A stretch of DNA of 64,000 bases from Mobula hypostoma (lineage: Eukaryota), in the NCBI RefSeq assembly GCF_963921235.1, contig NC_086115.1, positions 24,986,001-25,050,000 on the forward strand, in the 5' to 3' direction. Every line of letters begins with the position of its first letter. Position 1 is the stretch's first letter. Position numbers and translations under genes: made by a program. Shown one piece after another: positions 12,000-25,056 of this stretch. The notes under the pieces are model-generated. The model worked only from the letters and a program-made list of their open reading frames with translations. It did not search any database and was not told the origin of the DNA.

Positions 12000-14030
12000 A
12001 GGGTCATGAGGGAAACTCTGTAAGTTCTAAGGTTGTGATAGAGATGGATGAGATGGACCAGACATTAAGATAGCAAAATTTGACGAGGCTGACTTCAATA
12101 TGGGGTGACAGGATAAAAGTGGACTTGGAGCAGCTACTTGCAGTTAAGGTCATACATGACCAACGGGGGCCATTCAGAAATGAAACAGGGCTGAGGATCA
12201 ATATGTTCTCATAAAGGTGAACAGTAAGGCTAAAATTTCCAAAGAACCCTGAGTATCAAGGAGCATTAATGATTAGAAAAATTAAGAAAGCATAGCTTTT
12301 GGCAAGCTTAGAGAAAACGGAATAGGCCTGTCAGGGGATTGAAGGTCTAAGGAGGATGTGCAGAGGTCATAAGGGAATTCTCATCTATATTCACTATGAA
12401 AGAGAACATTATAATTGGGGAATTCAAGCAGTCTAGAACAACTTACCATGAAGAAGTATGAAATTACCATGAGGAAGATGCCTTTGTGGGTTTAAAAGGA
12501 TATTAATCACCAAGGCCTGATTAGATGTATTGGAGGCTGCTTTGGGAGGCAAGGAAGAAGGATGCACGGCTTTGACAGAGGTTTTCAAATCTTTGACCAC
12601 AGAAGACAATAGCAGGATGACTAGAGGACAGCAAATGTCCTTTACTAGAGAAGGGCAGCGGCGATAAGTCATGTAATTAGAAGCTGGTAAGTGTAACATC
12701 AGTGAAAAGGGAAGTTATTGAAAAAAGCTCTGAAGGACAGCATAAATCTGGACTTGGAGAGGCAGAACTTGACTAGTGACAGATAGGATTTGTTAAAGGG
12801 AAGTCCTGTTTAGTTAATTTGGTGACATTTTTTTGATAAGCATAGTGTAGTTGATGTAGTTTATATAGACTCTAGCTGGGTCTTTGACAAATTCAACTTT
12901 GGAGACAGGTTCAAACATAAAAATCCATAGGATCCTGGACAACTTGGTAACTGGATCTGAAACTGATTTAGTGAGAGTAGATATTGAGAATCTTTTCCCC
13001 TTATCAGAGATGTGATAGAAAGCAGAACAGCGATGGTTGATTTTGTAATTGGAAGCTTGTGACTAATGGCATGCCACAAGGAACACTGCTGAGGCCTGGG
13101 CTGTAAATTTTATATGTAAGGACCTGGATGAAGATACAGGAGGCATTGTTACTAAGTTTGCTGATGACACAAAGCTTGGTGGTGTTATTAATACTGAGCA
13201 CAGTAAACTTTGGCTACAGAACAGTATTGTTGAGATGGTAAGATGGGTAAAGAAATGGTAAATTTAAGTTAATTTTGGAAAATGTGAGGTACTGCGTATG
13301 GCTAAGATAAACAATGAATGGTGGGAGTAGTGAGGAGCACAGCAAATGAGTATACATAAACACAAAGAGATTCTGTAGGTGCTGGAGATCCAGACCAACA
13401 AATAAAATGAAATGCACGGCAGGTCGGGCAGCATCTGTGGAGGGAAATAAACAGTTGACATTTCAGGCCAAGACCCTTCATTAGGACTGGCAGATATTGA
13501 AGGCAACATGGCAGATAATTAAGGTCTTTAAGAAGCAATATTTGCCTTCAGTAGCCAGGACATGGAATATAAGTGCAGGGAGGTTACCTACCAACTACAT
13601 AAGAGATAAGTGCAGTTCTGATCATCACTATATAGGAAGGATTTAATTTCATTGGAGATTCCCTAGAACTATTCCCTGGGCTGGAGCGATTCAGCTATGA
13701 AGAGTGACTTGGAAAGGCTGGGTTTGTTTCCTTTGGAACATTGGAGGCTGATGGGGACTTGACTGAGGTATGAGGGGCATTGAGAGGGTAGATATTGAGA
13801 ATCTATTCCTCTTAACAGAGGTGTTCAGAGATGGCAAAGGAAATTTAGAGGGCATGTAAGGAAGATTCTGTTTTCACCCAGAGGGTAGTTGGAATCTGGA
13901 ATACTTTGCCAGAATGAATAGAAGATGCAGGTACTTCCACATTTAATAAGTACTTAGTTAAGGACTTGAATCACCATGGTATAGAAGGCTACAGGCCAAG
14001 AGCTGGAAAATGGGATCAGTATGACAGGTC
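12000..14030 (+). mobile_element. Old, heavily decayed CR1 LINE
   Basis: GFVKGKSC, KFADDTKLGG and CR1 C-terminal remnants with many stops and frameshifts. Confidence 0.7.
13357..13490 (-). mobile_element. Short Penelope-derived element with decayed hammerhead
   Basis: Same module; core mutated to CTAATGA...GAAATGTCAACTG. Confidence 0.7.
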
Positions 14031-14604
14031 AGACCACATTTGTAGTACTGTGAGCAATTTTGGACCCCATATCTAAGAAAGGACGGGCTGTCATTGCACA
14101 GGGTCTGAAGGAGATTTATGAGAATGATTCCGGTAATGGGTTAATATCTGGAGAGTGTATGATGGGACTGAGCCTGTGCTCACTGGAGTTTAGAAGAATG
14201 AGGGGGGATCTCAGTGAAACCCACTAAATATTGAAAGGCCTAGACATAGAGGATGTGAAGAGGATGTTTCAAATGGTTCAAGTAGTAACATAGACTAGGA
14301 CTCAAAGGCATAATCTTAGAATATGTTGCCTCTTTAGAACAGAGATGAGGAGGAATTCCTTTATCCAGAGGATGGTGCATCTGTGGAATGCATTGTCACA
14401 GATGACAATGGAGGCCAAGTCTTTCGGTAGATTTAAAGTGGAAGCTGAGAAGTTCTTGAAGAGTAAGGATGTCAAAGGTTACAGGAAGAAGGCAAGAGAA
14501 TAGGATTGAGAGGGAAAATAAATCTGCCATGATCAAATGGCAAAGCAGACTTAATAGGTTGAATGACCTAATTCTGCTCCTATGTCTTAAAGTCTTGTGG
14601 TCTT
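14026..14604 (+). mobile_element. CR1 LINE 3' fragment
   Basis: Homologous to 26365-26930, including the 3' hairpin and tail. Confidence 0.75.
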
Positions 14605-14874
14605 AAAGGCATTTGATAGCTGTCAAGCAAATGGTGAGCCAAGGGGTTTGTCGTGCGCTGTATGACTGTTGATCAGTGTCTGCTAAGGAATGATTCAAAG
14701 GTAGTGAACGGGAGAATACTGTGTATTAAAGGAGTAACTATATTTGAGTTACTCAAAGGGATAATATTGAGACTAAGATTACCAAAAACGGAAGGGAGCC
14801 ACAGAGAATAAAGACTGTGAGGTCATGTAGATTCAATAAACGTGGTGTATCTCTACAGATGTACCGTGGAGAGT

Positions 14875-14974
14875 TAGTCCTGACGAAGGGTCTCGGCCTG
14901 AAACGTCGACTGCACCTCTTCCTAGAGATGCTGCTTGGCCTGCTGCGTTCACCAGCAACTTTTATGTGTGTTGT
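14875..14974 (+). mobile_element. 100-bp Penelope-derived hammerhead mini-element with 9-bp TSD
   Basis: TSD GTGGAGAGT at 14866-14874 and 14975-14983; sequence nearly identical to 10861-10959. Confidence 0.85.
14876..14911 (+). ncRNA. Minimal type I hammerhead ribozyme, intact
   Basis: AGTC-CTGACGA-A-GGGT(CTCG)GCCT-GAAA-CG-TC^GACT. Confidence 0.85.
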
Positions 14975-16679
14975 GTGGAGAGTATGTGGCAGGTTGCATC
15001 ACTGTCTGTATGGAGGCACCAATGCACAGGACTGGAAAAGACTCCAGAGGGATATAAACTCAGCCAGCACCATCCTCCCCGCCATTGAACACATCTTCAA
15101 AATGCAAAATCTCAAGAAGTTGGCATCGATCATGATGGACTCCTGCACCCAGAACATGCCATCTTCTCATTATGAGGAGGTACAGGAGTCTGAAGGTACA
15201 TATTCAGTGCTTTAAAAACAGTTTCTTCCTTTCCACCATCCATGAACACTACCCCACTATTTTGTTCTCTTTCTACACTACCGATTCTTAAATATATTCT
15301 TATTGCAATAGATTGTCATTTTTATATCTCACACTGTACTGACGCTGCAAGGCAACGAACGTAACAACATGTGTCAGCAATAATAACCCTGATTTTGGTT
15401 CTGAAAACACGGAGAAAAGTTTGGAATTTTATGGGAATGAAAAGGAACACAGGAAGGCATAAACGGAATAAAGGTTTGAGGTTCCTGGTTTGGTCTCAGT
15501 GTCCAGGACTGTAATTCGCACGCTCTCTCTGTTCATACTTACCTGGTCTGATGCAGAGTCCTGATCATGCTGGCACAAAGCAACTCAGTATTCTGTTCTT
15601 GCAATTCTGATTTGGACCTGACATTCTAGGACATTTATAGAAAGTGAAGTAAATACATTATAAATTATAAAATAATATTTAAAATAAGGTTAACTAAGAA
15701 TACAATTAAAACACATAGCTAATTTTAAAAAGTAAATTAATACTAAGTAATTATAACAAGATACCTTTCCATTTGCTTCCTAGTCAGCAGCCTGGCAATT
15801 CCCTTTGGAAACAGTGGAATATTAGACCCTGCACCTGTTGAAGAATTGGAGAAGTGATACCCAAGACTAGTGCTGGGAGATATCAGCAAGACTCTGCTCC
15901 ACCATTCAGCTGCCTACAAGATCTTTCAGTAAATCCAGGATTTTAGGATTTTCCATGCATGAGACTTGCTGCCATTTAAGTGCTGGCACTTCTCAGAACC
16001 ACATATAGGGATTTGCATTGACCAGAGAGTGAATGCATGTACAATGATTAAATTCAGCGTGTAGATGATGTTTTCCATCTTGTCCCCGCCCTGCTTCCAA
16101 ACGTAAGATAAGTGACAGAAGATGCCACAAATTGAATGTTGTTACCATCCCCGAGTCCCCACCATTAATGTCAGTAAGGGGGGAGAAGGGAAGGTAACTA
16201 TTGACTAAAAATTCAACTGGTCTGCCACATAACTTCACTTGACTTTGTTCAAGATCAGGTGAGTATTCTGTAACCATGGAATAACACATAAATCTTTCTG
16301 CAAGACACAAGTCAAGAGAATAATGCTGGAATTGTTCTCCGTTGGATATCCCAATCCTGTTCGAATATACTCAGGGAACCTACTACGACCCAGAGATGTC
16401 AGTCTGCATTAGTACCACCTCAATCACATTAAGCATTAATTTCTTCTACCATTGTAGTTACAAAGTGTACCACCAACAAAATATACTGCAGTACCTGCAT
16501 TTGCTATTTTGAAAGAACCTTCCATGGATAAAGACTTCAAGCACGTGACATCTCATCTTGACATGGAAACATAATTGCTGTCTCTTCATCATTGCAGCAT
16601 CTAAATCCTGGAACTCTTTACCAAAGCTATCATGACAGTTCTTTCCCTGGACGGCATGGCGAAAGAAAGTGGCTCACTG

Positions 16680-17100
16680 TGCAGAGGAGATTACCAGGGT
16701 GCTGCCTGGACTAAAGAGCGTGTTTCATGAAGATAGTTTTGAGCAAGCTTGGGATGTTCTCATTTGAGCAAAGGAGGACGAGGGCTGACCTGAGAGTGGC
16801 ATAGATTGAGTGGATAGCCAGAGACTTTATTGCAGGGTGGAGATGGTTAATACAAGCAGGCAGAGTTTTAAGGTATTTGGAGGAAAATATAGAGCAGATG
16901 TCAGAGAGTGATGAGTGCATGGAACACTCTGCCGGGGTGGTGGTAGAGGCAGATACATTAACAGCATTTAAGAAACTCCTGGATAGGCACATGGATGATA
17001 GAAAAACGGAGGGTTATGTAGGAGGGAAGGGTTTTGGAGCAGGTTAAAAGGTCGACATAACATAACTGAAGGGCCTTATTGTGCTGTAACGTTCTAGGTT
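16680..17100 (+). mobile_element. CR1 LINE 3' fragment
   Basis: RRFTRVLPGL-type remnant and CR1 3' UTR. Confidence 0.7.
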
Positions 17101-18332
17101 CGATTACCTTTTCAGGGACAAACCAAATAGAAAATGCTGGGGATGCCCTGCAGGTCAGGTAGCATCTGTGGAGAGAGAAAAATAACATCTGAAGTCAATG
17201 ATAAGTCATTTAGATTTTTAGTGCCTTTGTTGCTTCTCACTTATCAAATGCTGCCGTTCAGAATGAAGCCCACATCCTAAAAAATCAATAGGTATCTGTG
17301 ACTAAAACATAAGAGCATGAATAAAAACAAATTTAAAGCATGAAATACAGAGGGTGGCAAACCATGAATATATACAATATCTAATAAGGTCCAAGAAAGG
17401 ACTGTCAATAGAGTGGACACTGTTCAATCAACAAACGGAACTGGGCTAATGTGCTGGGCAGTTAAAAGAGCAGAAGTCCAAATCCCGCGTACATTGTGAT
17501 TACTTTTTTTTTCAAAATCTTGCTCTTGTGTAATAAATTGTGGGTTTCAAGACTGAAGAGCGTTGTTTTCCGTTGTGGGGTGAAAGGAGAAGTGAATGCG
17601 AACCAGAGTCCAGAATTTAGATCACAGCTCCGCATCGAGAAAGTGACGCCCTGGCTACGAGAGGAAACGGGCTGTAGTATAACTCGGCTGTGATTTCGCA
17701 TGATTTCCAGGCAATTTTAATCTTCGAATCATTATGGTGCTAAAATTAGTAATGAATAAACTTTGTTTCCGGTTTCAGAGCAACCTGCAGGAGAGAATGA
17801 CCTGAGTGTGAGCCCAGTTGTTCGAATCAAACTCCGCTGTTTAGTTTTATGTGGATGACTTGGGAATGATCAAGAGCTGCATATTGGAATCAAGTGTCCC
17901 ATCCCGACACAGAAAATGCTTCATAATGTCCAACGCGCGCATACACACACACACACACCTACACCCTTGCAACCACTCCCCACAAATTCACATCCATGCC
18001 CTATAAATAACAAGAAGGGATACTACAAGATCACATCGAGGAAGACGGGAACGATGCCAGTAAGGGAAGTATAACGGTAAACGTACATTATCCGGCGCAC
18101 TTGGGCCGAGAGAACCTACAGTGAATATTGCAGGAAGAGGGCTGGATCAGACTGGAGGGAATGAAGGTGGCCGGCTGTTAGTTAACACGTGAAAATGCGT
18201 GAGAGAGGCAGTATAAACCAGAGACAAGAGCGTCTGTATGTGCCTGTGTGTGCGCGCGAGAGAGAGTTGAATGACCATGGATGAAGAATTCCATTAAAAA
18301 AAAAGTAGGAATTAGGCAGAATTGTTTAGAAA

Positions 18333-18470
18333 GGACAATCCACATTGTCCCATTTTTTCCCCTTACACTGCTTGTATGACCATATGAGAAATTTGGGTGT
18401 ACAATTGTTTCCTTAAAAACAATTGTTTCCGGAACATGAGATTCTCTGGCAAGTTGTTAATGCTGACTCA
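18333..18470. promoter_or_regulatory. Candidate EGR2 upstream enhancer (Sox palindrome, ETS, AP-1)
   Basis: GGACAAT-CCAC-ATTGTCC 18333-18350; ACAATTGTTTCC twice (18401, 18419); TTCCGGAA 18427-18434; TGACTCA 18464-18470. Confidence 0.45.
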
Positions 18471-18989
18471 ATCGTATATGCTCCCTCGCTAAAACTTATT
18501 GCGCGGGACAGTTCAGAAGCAGACTGTGAAGAGAGCAGCGCCGCGCGGCTCGCGACGACACTGTCACGTTGCCTTTTAAAGCATTTTATATATAGGTGAT
18601 TGGAGAGAAACGCGAGAGCAGAAACAGAAGTAATCGCCCAGCAAAAATCCCTATGCAATGAAAACTGTGGAAAAATTTTGAAATCGAAATTGCTCAAAGC
18701 GAAAAAGCTTCACAGATGCCACCACCTCCGCAATCCCAAACCAATGTTTATAAATCAAAGGGGAGGGAGGAGACAATGTGCAATGAATCGACTGAAATAA
18801 AAATTATCGCTATCCTGACATATAGATGCACATAAATTATTTTCGCTTTCTTTCTTTAAATAATTTCTGGCCAGCTATCCGTAGCGGCGGTTGTATGGAG
18901 CCCCACTGCGGTCTCCCGTTCCTTCCACTGGTCGGCTTCGCTGTGTTGTGTCTCACAGTCGCTCGTGTGGCTTTTGAGTTTCCGTGACT

Positions 18990-19430
18990 TATTTTCCGGA
19001 ATCTCACGCCAAATATGGGGAAAAGGCGGGGCGGAGGCGTCCTCTAAACCGCCCCTGTCCCCCGCCGGATCCTCTCGCCATACATGGACAGCCAAATGCA
19101 ACCGGAATCCCTCTCTTAACTCTTGGAAATGTTCGGCCGCGCAGAAGTATTCAGTTAGCAATAGCGCATCGCCAACCCGGGAATGGGGAGAGGGGAAGGA
19201 GGGAGTGGGATTTGTCCCTTCCGCTCTTGGCCCGAGTGCCGGCCGTGCCCAGGGGACTGCTCCCTACCCGCGCCGAGGGGAGGGGCAGCGCTGGCGGCTT
19301 GCAAACCCGTCCCTTTTCCGCCCACCGCGTCAGCGCGTCGCAGCCCTTTTCCTCTCTCATCCATATATGGTCTCTTACGTCACGGGGCATTCGTTGGGTC
19401 GGGATAAATAGTAAATGAAGCTCGAGAGAG
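18990..19430 (+). promoter_or_regulatory. EGR2 immediate-early promoter (CpG-rich)
   Basis: ETS TTCCGGAA 18994-19001; CArG CCAAATATGG 19009-19018; GC box near 19028; CArG-like CCATACATGG 19078-19087; CArG CCATATATGG 19361-19370; CRE-like TTACGTCA 19375-19382; TATA-like ATAAATA 19404-19410. Confidence 0.85.
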
Positions 19431-19670
19431 GGAGGCTGAAGCAGAGAGAAAGAGTGTGAGAGAACTGGCAGAGATTAGCAGCAGTTTAAAAGGAGCTAAA
19501 CATTTAATAAGCGGCAGGGGAAAGAGCCCTGCCACTTACTCAGGCTCTCCGAATCAGGGCAACCCCACACTGACATAGCCCGGCTTCACCACTGACACTA
19601 ACGATAATTGGAGGTAGGAGGAGAGGGAGAAAAGTTTTTATTCTGATCCGAATTCCGGCCAAAACAAACG

Positions 19671-19830
19671 ATGACAGCGAAAACGGTGGAGAAAATCCCG
19701 CTGCCGCTCGGAAGTCTCTTTCACCAGCTGCCCGAAAGCATGTTCCCCGTGGAGGAGATCAGTTCGATGCCCGCGTCCGTCACTATCTTCCCTAACCCGG
19801 AAATGGCACAGTATGAGCAGATGGCCTCAG
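19671..19830 (+). CDS. EGR2: Early growth response 2 (Krox20), coding exon 1
   Basis: MTAKTVEKIP...SVTIFPNPE matches the EGR2 N-terminus; donor CAG|GTAAG at 19830/19831, phase 1. Confidence 0.95.
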
Positions 19831-20248
19831 GTAAGCAACTTGGCACCGAGCACCTATTCGGTATGCGCGACTTGTAGGGGGGCTGGCACTGTTAGCGGCG
19901 GCTGGGCTGCTGGTAACCCCACGCGCATCTTTATTTACCTTTATTTCACGCAACAGTTTGTGTAGTAGCGCAGAGGCTACCGTTCTTTCCATCTCATTCA
20001 TTCATTTCGCGGGCGCTAGAAATCATTAACCAGGAAAATCGCGTGAATCCGACGTGAAAATAGAATGTGCCGTAATGTTATTTTTTAAAGTTAAATATCT
20101 TGAATGTGGGGTTGTTTTAAGTCGTTTGGTGAGCTGTTTAGTCTGGCATTCAGTCTGTTGTGTTTGGTGGGTCCTGTTTACTTGTTGATGAACCACTCTC
20201 AGGGGTTGTGTCTCAGGTGCGCCCTGTAAGTCCCACCTCCGCTTGTAG

Positions 20249-21406
<1,158 letters not shown>

Positions 21407-22647
21407 ACTGGAAACACAACCGCAAAGAAATGACACTACTGTACCCGAAGGCAAAGAACCTAAGGGCGTAGACAAAGTATTTATGGCAGATTGCACCCGA
21501 ATTTCTGACAGTTCTTTGATATACTGTTTGCTACTTCCTCCAGCTTCGTCTCCAAGAACATGAGAACGCCCCTCTCCCCTGAAGATCTTTTGGGGAAAGC
21601 ACATTGACTTTTTTTTCTTTAACTCGGCTTTTCTTTGTATTATTTTGCAGCACACGGTTTCTGGTTTCCCCACAACGGCTAAGGTAGTCAGGACATTGCA
21701 CATGCCGTGTTAACGATCGGTCTCACCCCTCACCTGCCAGTCCCTAACCGTAGTTCCGGGGCACAGCCATCCCTCCAAAGCCACTTCTTAAACGTGCAAC
21801 CGGCGTGAGGTGGCTTGAAAACGACCCTGGAGGGAAAGGACTTGAGGCGGCGAAGGTGTTGTTGCGGGGAACTTGTATGCAAGATAGGAAAGGGATGTTT
21901 TGTGGAAAAGGCAGCGAATGTTTTCTGAGGAAATTAGCTTCGGCACTTTTTTTATTGGTCACTAATATTTCCAACAACAAAAAAAAGCTAAGCATGATAA
22001 GCAGTGTAAAAGCTCTCTAATCTGATAAGCATAACCAGGAACCGGCTTCCTTTTGCTGAAGCCTTAAGTTTAGTACTGTGTGTACAGCAAACAATTCATA
22101 TTTTAATTCTTTCCTAGTGGTGTAACTGACGCCCAAAGGAAAAAGGGGGTTAGAGAATTCAAACCGGATCAGAGAATACTGAGAGACAACTTTATCCTGT
22201 GTTAGTTTAAATCGCAAGTGGATGTTTTGTACTTTCGCATTTGAACTCTGCATGCTGAGATTTTTTGGTGCCTTGTTTATTGTGGACGATTCTATATGTC
22301 TGCATGTAAATATCCAGCCTTAAAGACTGACCATGGCAATCGTGAAATCGCCAATAACCTTCACAAGCTGGCGAAACGGTTCAATTCCTGCCAATTAATA
22401 TGGAGTTTTTTAGAAAATATTTTTGTACGTGTTTTGTGCTAATATTTCCAAGTGTTTCACATTTTGTAGCAAAGCTCTGGTTATAAAGAGTGTGAATAAT
22501 TCTTATGTTGCTGATGCTGACCTGTCAAATGTTTAATGTATTGGTGTCAAACCACTAACTGGGTGAAAATTGAACTAATTGCTCCCATCAAACTTTACTG
22601 TTTTATGGTTATATTGATGTAAATATAATTTTACAAAATATGTATAT

Positions 22648-22651
22648 TGTG

Positions 22652-22683
<32 letters not shown>

Positions 22684-22684
22684 C
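22648..22684. repeat. (GT)n microsatellite in the EGR2 3' UTR
   Basis: TGTGTGTGTGCGTGTGTG... run. Confidence 0.9.
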
Positions 22685-22763
22685 GTTTTCATAAATTGGA
22701 TTCGAAATGCATCACTTATATGCCATTCGGATTTTTCTGATCTGAAATGTACTGTCTAAAGAC

Positions 22764-22769
22764 AATAAA
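22764..22769 (+). terminator. Candidate EGR2 polyadenylation signal
   Basis: First AATAAA seen after the stop codon, preceded by TGTA. Confidence 0.6.
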
Positions 22770-22974
22770 GCGGGGTCAATAATAATTTACGAAAAAGAAT
22801 TGGGTACATGAAAAAGAACAATTTTCACGAAATGTGTCAGTGACATTAAACCTGATTCTGATTCTGAAGAGGGGTAAAGAGAGAAGCAATGGATCTAAGT
22901 GGTTAGTGCAGATGCGACTGACCCAATACTTCTCTCTATGGAGAATAATCCACAATTCTGACCTTTTATTCGGA

Positions 22975-23100
22975 ACTTCCCGTCCCCTCAGTACTACAGT
23001 GAAGTGTCAGCCTGGACTGCGGATTCCAGATCAGGCAGGGATCTTGAATTCACGGGGTTGTGTGATTCAGAGACTGCACGCCAATGAGCCAGCAGCAGCA
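22975..23100 (-). mobile_element. Old Deu-domain-like SINE fragment
   Basis: CCCTCAGTACTACAGTGAAGTGTCAGCCTGGA...CTTGAATTCAC...GATTCAGAG...TGAGCCA resembles the reverse-complemented head of SacSINE/AmnSINE-like elements. Confidence 0.45.
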
Positions 23101-25056
23101 ACAACCGATTATGTATCTTCCATTTGGCGTCTATTAAGTCGCCGAGGAGCCCTATTCCTTAGCAGCCACTAACTTTCAAAAGCGCGGCGAGAATGCAGGC
23201 TGATAGGTGTGTATTCCCTTATGTGCAGATAATAGAGTCACTCTTGAATGTGCTTACCCCACGTAACTCACTTAGAACCTTAACTGGAAAAATAAGAAAT
23301 GGGGGCATACTTGGGGAAGTTTCTTTTTAACATATCACGAAAGATTGTTTACTCAGATAGTTCTGAATTGCTTTCGAACAGTCCTTTTCCATAACTGGGC
23401 TAAAAACTGGGTTCCTGAAGTAGGAAGCGCAGCTATGGCACCAGCCAACCAAAACTTCTCCCGCCGTTCTGTTTTCGTTTTACAATGTGTATTGGACAGA
23501 GTAAATAGAAGTCTTCTGCTCTCCAGATCAATTGACTTAATATCTGGATTTTCGGTCAGATTGTTTTATCCATCTGATATGATCGTCAATCGAAAGTAAC
23601 TCACATTTCGGCTTTGTGGAGCAAAATAATTTCTTTCCCCCCCCCCCCCAATGTGGTAAAATAATAACTGGACGAGTCGCTTTAAGATGCTGGAGCTGAA
23701 TTAGCTCTGAATCAAATTAAATCACCCACCGGCCCAGCTCCAGTTTTGAAACGTTTCTCAACTACAACGCAAGGAGCGCAAGGTTCTGTCGGCAGGGGAG
23801 ATCACATCTATATTGGAGGTGGGGGCCGAGTTGACTTAGTTCCTCAACCCCACCCCGTCCCCTGTCAGTTCCTACGCCAGTTGGTGGCGGTGGAGTCTTG
23901 TTGGGCGATGCAGTTTGCTGGTGGTCCATGCGGACTGTGTAGGGAAGTGGAACTTGAGCTGGTGTTTGAGCGAGGTGGCGTGCTGTTGGTGTTGGTGATT
24001 AATTGGGCACTGAGAAATTAGTGGTGGGTAATGGGGACTAAGGCGGCTATCCCCTCCCCCAGCCCTCCTTGAAACCAAGTTGAAGTCCGAGTCGCAATAT
24101 AAAGAACCCTGGTTAATGGACACCAAGTGTCACATATAAGCTTAGCCACTAACCTCTGCTTAGACGCCAGGTATCCTCAAATGTCCTATCAGACCGCACC
24201 ATATCCCCTCTCCTGCTTTGAACCCCATTAGTCCCAATACCAGCAAAGCCACACCACCACTACCCAGTACCAGATAAATGAACCATCCCAACACCCAACT
24301 GTGTCCTATCAACTCCACTTCGCAGCTCTCCACAAAACTAACTCCATTCCAGTTACCCCATCCCATTCCTCCGGATAACAATTCCCAATACTGATGTCTT
24401 TCACCAGTAACACCAACTTGGCTGTCTAAATCTCATCAATATCCCTCCCCGCTCACCACAACAGCTCAGTTGGATGGGGTTTCTCAGAAGTATGAAAGGT
24501 GGTCTCTGAAAAGCATGTTGATCAGACTAGCGGATGCACTCCATGTCCTTTTCTATTTAAGCCAGGAAAGAAGCCACCTGTAGTCCCACAGTTAAACCAC
24601 AATTACACCATCCGGATTTGGATGAAATTCCTGCTGATCCATTGCTGTGTGTCAGTCAGTGGAGGGGGAGAGCTGAGAATGCCAGCACTGTGGGCAATGT
24701 TACTGAGATGAGAAATTAATGTTCAATGATAAATCCGTGAGTAACTCCCAGTCACAAATGTGGAAGGACGAAGATTAGCTATTTCGGTTCCATTGCAGTA
24801 ATCGATGAGAATATGGCCATAAGACATGGGAACAGAATGAGGCCGAGTGGCCCATCGAATCTGCTCCAACATTTGATCGTAACTGATTTAGTAGCATCAC
24901 AGACTGCCAACTACACAATAGAAGTGGCCCACAGCCGGAGGCAGAGAAGCATTTATGCTTGATTTTACTATCCTGGGTAGAATTTGAAGAGTTTGAGCAG
25001 CAAATCTGCATCAATTTTGTTAACCTGAGCATTTTGAAATAGGCTAAACCTACATC

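Larger units (their letters stand above)
14840..15403 (+). mobile_element. Rex1/Babar-like LINE 3' fragment interrupted by a hammerhead element
   Basis: YRCTVES..GCITVWYG-type remnants and AATAATAAACCTGATT end. Confidence 0.6.
21407..22790 (+). other. Probable EGR2 3' UTR
   Basis: TE-free and AU-rich; GCACTTT 21943-21949; TGTAAATA at 22305 and 22618; ends at AATAAA. Confidence 0.65.

Noticed and set aside
19831-19877. C-terminal part of the 68-aa ORF
   Set aside because: Read-through into the intron past a consensus GTAAG donor.
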